Positions 56,590 through 64,000 of a stretch of 64,000 bases of DNA are shown here, in pieces. Within the stretch, counting starts at the first letter, position 1. Each line of letters opens with the position of its first letter. The DNA is from the human T2T-CHM13v2.0 reference genome, Homo sapiens. The translations under genes and the position numbers were made by a program. Under the pieces are notes generated by a model. The model worked only from the letters and a program-made list of their open reading frames with translations. It searched no databases and was not told the DNA's origin. The stretch lies in NCBI RefSeq assembly GCF_009914755.1, contig NC_060928.1; one strand, given 5' to 3'.

Positions 56590-57990
56590 GCATGCATTTT
56601 CTTTAAAATACATTTATTTGTCATTTATTCAACAATTGTTTTTTGAGTAGCCACCATGTACCATACCCTGTTCTAAGCGGTGACAATGGAGAGAGAAAAA
56701 AATAAAAAAAACACAAGACAAGAGGATTTGTGTGCACAGAGGAAGCGGTAGAGTATAGGGGTGTATTGTCTGGTTTCTGGAGCCTGCCTTCTGAGTTCAA
56801 GTCTTGGCTGTGGTGCTTGGTAGCTGTAAATTAATCTTTCCATACTTCAGTTTCTTCATTTGTGTAATGGGGATAATAATATCACCTACCTTGAAGGATT
56901 GTGCTGAGTACCAACTGTGTAAATACACGTCGTTTTCAGAAAAGAGCCAGGCACATAATCAGGGTTAGGTATGTGTGTGATTTTACTTTTTGGAGAGAGA
57001 GAAGAATGAATATTTAAACAAATCTATGTAACAGTCATGAGAACTATGGAGAAAATTAAGGTGAGGCAATTCCAGATAATTTTTAGGTGACAACCTTATA
57101 TGGGTGCTCAGGGCAGGCCTATTGAGAGGTGGCCCTCAAACTCCAACATGAATGACAGCAAGGGACAGCATGAACCCCAGATAGGAAGAAAACCTAACAC
57201 TGACATATTAAGGGCAAAGTATGCTTGCTTAATTGTCAATAGCAGGAGGAAGGCCAGTGGGGCTAGAATGTAGTGAGTGAGGAAGAATGGTATGAGAAGG
57301 AGCAGGAGGTATGGTCAGAAGGCAGACATAGAGCTTGGCAAACCAGCATTTGGGTATTATTCTAAGTGCATAGGATTCCATTGTGGGATTTTCATCAAGA
57401 AGTGACATGATATGATCTATCTTTAAAATATTTCCTCAGAATATTCTGGAAGAATGGCCTATAGGAGGGCAATTTTGGAGGCAGATAGAATAGTTAGGAG
57501 ACTCTTGCAGTGGTCCAGGCAAAAGATGATGGTAACTTTGTTTACAGTGGTAAGAGTAGAGACCAGGAGAAATGAATGAATTTGTGGGTTTTGGAACTAG
57601 AATTTAACAATATTACTCATGGATTGAGTGAGGTAAGAGCACAGTGAGAGAAACAGACCATAAAACATGTAACTCCTCATTATTGGCACAGCAGTTGACC
57701 AGTTGGTGACGTCCGTCATGAAACAGGGAGACTGATTACCCAGCCCTTTGCAGAGAAACATTGCCGCATGTTCTCTGGACATGTTAAAATTGAGATACCT
57801 ATTACAAATCCAAGAGGATATGGTAAATAAGCAGCTAGACATCTGTGGCTAGAATTCCAGGGAGATACCAGGCAGGAAATGTAGATTTTTAATTTACTGT
57901 AATATAAATTGTATTTAAAGGACCGAAGTAGATGAAGTCACCTAAGAAGTATGTTTAGATGAGGAGAGACTGAGATAAGGACCAAACTTT
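56590..57990 (-). mobile_element. L2 relic with a nested MIR (~56740-56980)
   Basis: CATTTATTCAACAA...GAGTAGCCACCATGTACCA; GGAAGGCCAGTGGGGCTAGAATG; MIR core CTTCAGTTTCTTCATTTGTGTAATGGGGATAATAAT. Confidence 0.65.
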
Positions 57991-58804
57991 TATATTTAAA
58001 TGACACAGAGTTACTTTTCCTTTCCTGCTACCTGCAAATCTCGTTCTTTTTCCCCTCCCTGGAGGTAATGACAGTATGATTTTGGTATAATTGGTGTGTG
58101 CCTTTCAAGTCATTTTATAAAAGATTGATGATACAATATTTCATTAGCAGGAAATCTTTATGAAGGACAATGTCATAAACATATGAGTGTCATCACCACT
58201 CAAGAGATCAAATATCACCAATAGAATTGAAGGTCCTAAGCTCTCCATCCTCATCTCACTACCACGCTTTCCATGAAGGCATAAACTCTAAGTTCAATGT
58301 GATCCCTCATTCTCTATCCATGGTTATGACATGTCAGTTAGGTTTATGTGGTCATGAACTTCGTTTAACTATCATTCTAAATTTATTCTGTAGTTTACTT
58401 TGTTTCACTCAATATTTTGATTAGCTCATGCTAATACATGCAGATCTAATTAATCACTTTTATTGTTAAATGGTATTCCCTTTTGTGTCTATTTCCAGAC
58501 TTTGGCTCCATTTTCATACTAAATAATCTTCAGGTTTATTATTACCAATGATATGAACAAGAACATTCTTGTACCTATTTCTTGTGACACAGAAAGTAAA
58601 GTTTATCCAGGAATAAACTTGCTAATCATCATATATTTGCTTAAACATCTATAGGTAATGTTGAATCACTTTCCAAAGTAATTGTACCAATTATACTGAT
58701 ACCACTAGTGTTTAGGGGCTCCCATTTTCCCACATCTTTGCTAAACTTTGGAATTGTCAGACTTTTAATTTTATTGCCAATTTATAAGGTATAAAATGTT
58801 ATTT

Positions 58805-60274
58805 CTTTTTTTGTTTGTTTTTGAGACGAGATGACTCTCTGTCACCCAGGCTGGAATGCAACGGTGCAAACTTGCTTACTGCAGCCTCAACCTCCTGGCT
58901 CAAGCAATCCTCCCACTTCATCTTCCCAAGTAGCTGGGAATACTTGGCATGCCACCATACCTGATTATTTTTTAAAATTTTACTTTAAGTTTCGGGATAC
59001 ATGTGCAGAAAGTGCAGGTTTGTTACATAGGTATACATGTGCCATGGTGGTTTGCTGTAACTATCAACTTGTCATCTAGGTTTTAAGCCCCACATGCATT
59101 AGGTATTTGTCCTAATGTGCTCCCTTCCCTTTCTCCCAACCCCCACAACAGGCCCTGGTATGTGTTGTTCCTCTCCCTGTGTCCATGTGTTCTCATTGTT
59201 CAACTCCCACTTATGAGTGAGAATATGCAGTGTTTGGTTTCTTGTTCCTGTATTAGTTTTCTGAGGATGATGGCTTCCAGCTTCATCCATTTCCCTGCAT
59301 GGGACATGATCTCATTCCTTTTTATGGCTACATAGTATCTGATGGTGCATAGGTACCACGTTTTCTTCATCCAGTCTCATTGATGGGCATTTAGGTTGGT
59401 TCCATGTCTTTGCTATTGTAAATAGTGCTGCAGTAAACATACATGTGCATGTGTCTTTACAGAAGAATGATTCATATACCTATGGGTATATATACAGTAA
59501 TGGGATTGCTGGGTCTAATGGTATTAGACCCCTTCCTTACACCTTATACAAAAATTAACTCCATAAAATTCAAAATCATAAAAACCCTAGAAGAAAATCT
59601 AGGCAGTACCATTCAGGACATAGGCATGGGCAAAGACTTCGTGACTAAAACACCAAAAGCAATTGTAACAAAAGCCAAAATGGACAAATGGGATCTAATT
59701 AAACTAAAGGGCTTCTGCACAGCAAAAGAAACTAGCATCAGCGTGAATAGGCAACCTACAGAATGAGAGAAAATTTTTGCAATCTATCCATCTGACAAGG
59801 TCTAATATCCAGAATCTACAAAAAACTTAAACAAATTTACAAGAAAAAAACAACTACATTGAAAGTTGGGCAGAGAATCTGAACAGACACTTCTCAAAAG
59901 AAGACATTTATGTGGCCAAAAAACATTAAAAAAAGCTCATCATCACTGATGATTAGAGAAGTGCAAATCAAAACCACAATGAGATATCATCTCACACCAG
60001 TAAGAATGGTGATTATTAACCAGTGAAGAAACAATAGACGCTGTGGAGGCTGTGGAGAAACAGGAATGCTTTTGCACTCTTGGTGGAAATGTAGATTGGT
60101 TCAACCATTGTGGAGGACAATGTGGCAATTTCTCAGGGATTTTTTTAAATTTTTTGTTAGGACAAGGTCTCCCTATGTTGCCTAGGCTGGTTTCAAACAC
60201 CTGGGATCAAGGGATCCTCCTTTCTCAGCCTCCCAAAGTATTGAGATTACAGGCATTAGCCACCATGCCCAGCC
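58805..60274 (-). mobile_element. AluJ split in its middle A-rich linker by an L1 (right arm 58805-58965, left arm 60140-60274), itself inside an old L1M
   Basis: J-type CTCAAGCAATCCTCCCAC and GGTCTCCCTATGTTGCCTAGG; TSD TAAAAT(G/A)TTATTT at 58792-58804 and 60275-60287. Confidence 0.85.
58978..60139 (-). mobile_element. L1PA (about PA8) with 5' inversion (twin priming)
   Basis: Minus-strand 3' part 58978-59525; plus-strand ORF2 part 59526-60139 ([13 protein letters not shown]...[16 protein letters not shown]); the two parts are nearly contiguous in L1 coordinates. Confidence 0.9.
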
Positions 60275-62149
60275 TAAAATATTATTTTACTGTGGTTTGT
60301 AACTTGTTTTTCCAAGATTACTATTGAAATGGATCATATTAGCTATTTATTTATTCATTTATTGGCTAGCATATTTTCATTTTTTAGCAAAATATGTTTT
60401 GTTGAAACATATGTTCATGTTATTTGGCCATTTTTCTATTAGGTAATTTGTTTTTTTTTTACTGATTTCAAAAATCATTTATAGAGGTTGTAAGTGTGGT
60501 AACTGTTCCAAGCTTTCTTTTTCTTTCTCCACTATTTTTAATAGCTAATTTTGATGAAGTAAATTTTAATATTCCATGTAATTGAATTTATCCGTCTTTT
60601 ACTTACCGTTTTATGCTTGTTAGTGCTTATTTAAGAGGTTGTATTGGCATAATTTTTTTCCAAGAGTTTGAAATTTTTTCTTTATGAGGACTGTAGAAAA
60701 ATTATTCTGCTTTCTCTTCCATTTATTCCCAAAGATAACTCATATTGGCATCAAGGTTAGATTTTTTGTTGTCTGGATGTTCACTGAGAATGGAGCTCCA
60801 TAATATCCTGGGTTTACGGGGTCCTATTCTGAGCCTGTCTGTGCCAACTGCTCCCCTTCCACAAGCCTATAGGGTCTTGCCTTATGTCCCTTTGATGTGC
60901 TGTATTGTAAAGAAGGCTCAAGGTGAGCAGGGATTATACAACACTTCTGGGGCATCTACAAGCTTCACTGACAATTTATTACTCACCAGTGAGAATTCTA
61001 CTTCATTTTGAGCCCTGAGGATTTCTAGTATTTTCGTACAATCTTGTTTATTCACATAAATATATTCTTAAAGAATTTTTTCACACAATTTTCATGTTTC
61101 CTAGAACACTGTTTCTTTAATTTTCTTTTCTTTTTTTATTTTTAAACTATATCTAGATTATTATTTGGTTAGAAGCAAAAGTCTCTTGACTATTTTTAAC
61201 CATTAAGTATGTGTCTGTGAGAAAATAGAGCTTATTTATTTTCTTGCTTATTCAAGTATATAAAAGTGCTGTTAAAATAAGTTTCTAGGATCTATCCATC
61301 TATAGCTCATTTCTTTAACAGGTAAATATTACTTCATTGTATTAAATTAATCTCCAAATGTACAACTTTAAGGGAAAATTTCTATGGACAATAAGAAAGT
61401 CCTTTGAAAATAAGTAAACATATTAGACTAATCAAATTTCAGTGGCTTTGTTCCTAACTCTCTGCACCTACATAGTGGAACTTCCAAGTTACAAGGAATC
61501 AAATAAACATTGCTTCAATGTGTGACTGGTGTTCACATCAATCCCCACCCCATTAGATCATCAGCCTCAAATCCTTGTTTTGTTGCTTCCAATTCCTAGT
61601 CTTCTGCCCTATGATGGCTCTTTTCAAACTCTTTAATCTCTCAGAACACATAAATCTTGATGGTGTAGGGTATGTCCAATCATAATCCAGAGCCCACATA
61701 GCTCCTGAAAGGAAGTTCTGGTTTTGAGAGTAGAATTCTTACCTCAGAAAGTGTTATTATAATCACCAAAGCTAAAATACTATAATTTTGTCAAGCCTTC
61801 CTGGGATCCCAGATGGTGTACTAAGGAATTGACATTTTAAGGGGGTGGGGATGGGGGAAAGGCTTTCTATTCCCTTATATAGATGAAGAAACTGAAGTTG
61901 AGAGGTCAGAGAGGCTGTTCATCCTAAGGAGCAGAGTTTGAGCATGAGGAACTTATTCAGTTCTCTCTCTCTAACAAGTTGTAGAACATTGCCCAACACA
62001 AGCAAGAGGCTTTCTGGATCCAGTTGCTGCCCAGTGTCCTAGTTAAACATGACATTTTCTCAATCATTCTGCCTGAAATTTCTCTGATATCTTTTTATAA
62101 AGACCTTGCTGGCTCAGTCTTCATGCAGCCTCAGTACTTTGCATTATAA

Positions 62150-62648
62150 TCCATTAGCTTATGATGATTACAACTAACGCAAAACTTAGAGATGTAAAGC
62201 AACAGCCATTTTCTGCATCTCACAATACTGGAGGCTGCATGGATGTTTCTTCTGATCTGGTCTCCCATGCATCTATGGTAAGCTGTGAGACAAGCTGATG
62301 GCTGCACCTGAGATGGTCTCTCTCATACATCTGGTAGCTGTCTGGCTGTCAGCTGGGATGCCTTGGTTCTCCTCAGTCTGGCTTCCTGGCTCCAATAGGC
62401 TAGCTTGAGCTCTTTCATAGGGCAAACTTAGGGTTCCAAGAACAGCAAGAGGATAGCCTCAATGCAACAGTGCTCTCTAAGCCTCTGCTTCAGGCATTTT
62501 GCTGAAGCCCTGCTGACCAAAGCAAGTCACATGGCCAACTCAGTTTTATGGGATACCTTGATGGAGGTGATTTGCACTGCCACATAGCACAACAGAGTGT
62601 GCTGCAGACATGAAAAGATTTTTATGGCCAATTTTGCAATGTCTCACA
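62150..62648 (-). mobile_element. MLT1H-like MaLR LTR
   Basis: CAAAACTTAGAGATGTAAAGCAACAGCCATT...CAAAGCAAGTCACATGGCCAA...ATTTTGCAATGTCTCACA. Confidence 0.7.
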
Positions 62649-64000
62649 ATTAAATTTGCTATTTTTGTTTTATTTGCTAGTTCACACATTCTGGAAATAA
62701 TGAAGGTATGGCACTCCTTCTATGTGAACAAGTCTTCTGCAGAAATTCTGAGATTGCTTTCTTCAAAATGTCCTCTGTGGGAGTGTTACCAACGCCTCTG
62801 GCTTTGGTTAGAAAAAGATGACTTTCAGGACTTAGCATTGATGGAGAAAGTCTCTCCCTTATTATTCATAAACTGTTTGTTCCCTGCATCTGCTCAAATG
62901 TCTCCACTCCCCCATCCTATCCCCTTCTGAGTATTATAACTGGGGTCAAGAATGACTTCCTGACTATCTTGCTGTGATTCTACAGTTCTACTGATTTATA
63001 CTCACTTAAGTGGGCATTACGTTAGAGTTGGGGTTAATACCTTCTCTAATTCTCTGATAATGAAGTTAGTCATAGCCTCTAAACAAACTTTATTTTTTAG
63101 TTAACAGACTTTGTTGATTATTTTGAAATTCTAGTATATATAACTCCTCATTAGCCATAGCCACATACTGCATTACTACCAGCAAAATAATAATAATAAT
63201 ACCATCTACTACATATTTTCTAAATGCCAGGAAACTTATATATAATAATTTTATCTCTTTTATGACTACTTACTCATGATGAAACAGCATCTGAGAAATT
63301 ATATTGATTTAAAATCAAAGGCATGGTTTCAAATTCAACTCTTCCAATTACTGGCTGAGCAAACCTATCAGACCTACACATATTTAATCTGTAGAAATGG
63401 CTGTTAAGTTAATACACAACTGAAAATGTTACTGTAAAAATGAAATTAGGTAGCGTACGTGAGGAAGCATTTTAGGGTGATGAAGAAGAACATCCATAAT
63501 CCTGAGAGTCAGTGTGGTTCAGCAGGAAACTAGAGGCTTGAGTTTATAATTAGCTTAGCTGCTTTCTAGTTGGAAAGAAAGAGAAAGAGGAAAATGAAGA
63601 AAGATTTAGAAAGGTAAAGTCACTATGCTTTGACTCTGATTTCAACTGTACAAAGATCTTTTGAGCACATACAACCTGACAGACACCAGGACACCCAGAA
63701 ATGTACACACTATAGAAGCTGAATCTGGGATTAATGGGACTTTTACCAAAATAAACAAACAAAAATAAAATAATGATTTTTCAAATAAAATGAAACATCT
63801 AAGTTTCAGTCCTTGGACTAGAATGCTTTCCCCCATGTATCCACACAGTAAATTCCTAAAGTTGTTTTTCTTTAAAGCAGGATTTCCAGTCCTGAGATAC
63901 GATAAAGGGCCAAAGACTGAGTAGGACAATATGCAAGTGCCCCTTTTTAATCATGTGCTTTCTTTCTTGCCACACAAACGTAAGGGCATGAATGGGAGGT

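Overview
Repeat-dense primate, most likely human, intergenic or intronic DNA. An Alu carrying all five Ya5 diagnostic bases points to human. I recognise no host protein-coding gene, RNA gene or CRISPR array, and the ORF-track entries I could trace are repeat-derived, low-complexity or chance ORFs. The main feature is a 5.7-kb HERV-H provirus on the minus strand (35643-41335) with two 401-bp LTR7-type LTRs, a CAATT target-site duplication (TSD), a perfect tRNA-His PBS, a PPT and decayed gag/pro/pol/env. Its 5' LTR keeps the TATA box and the leader keeps a strong splice donor, but the 3' LTR poly(A) hexamer is mutated (AATAAA to AATTAA). This predicts read-through or spliced chimeric transcripts running leftwards into host DNA. 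That flank holds a hairpin-forming 43-bp AT-rich VNTR, a ~206-bp diverged local duplication, a CpG-enriched unique block and a candidate minus-strand exon. The rest is Alu, L1, L2, MIR, MaLR/ERV LTR and DNA-transposon relics, including a twin-primed L1 inside an Alu with a perfected hairpin at its inversion junction. Repeat subfamilies were recognised from memory of consensus sequences, not by a database search, and boundaries of old repeats are approximate.
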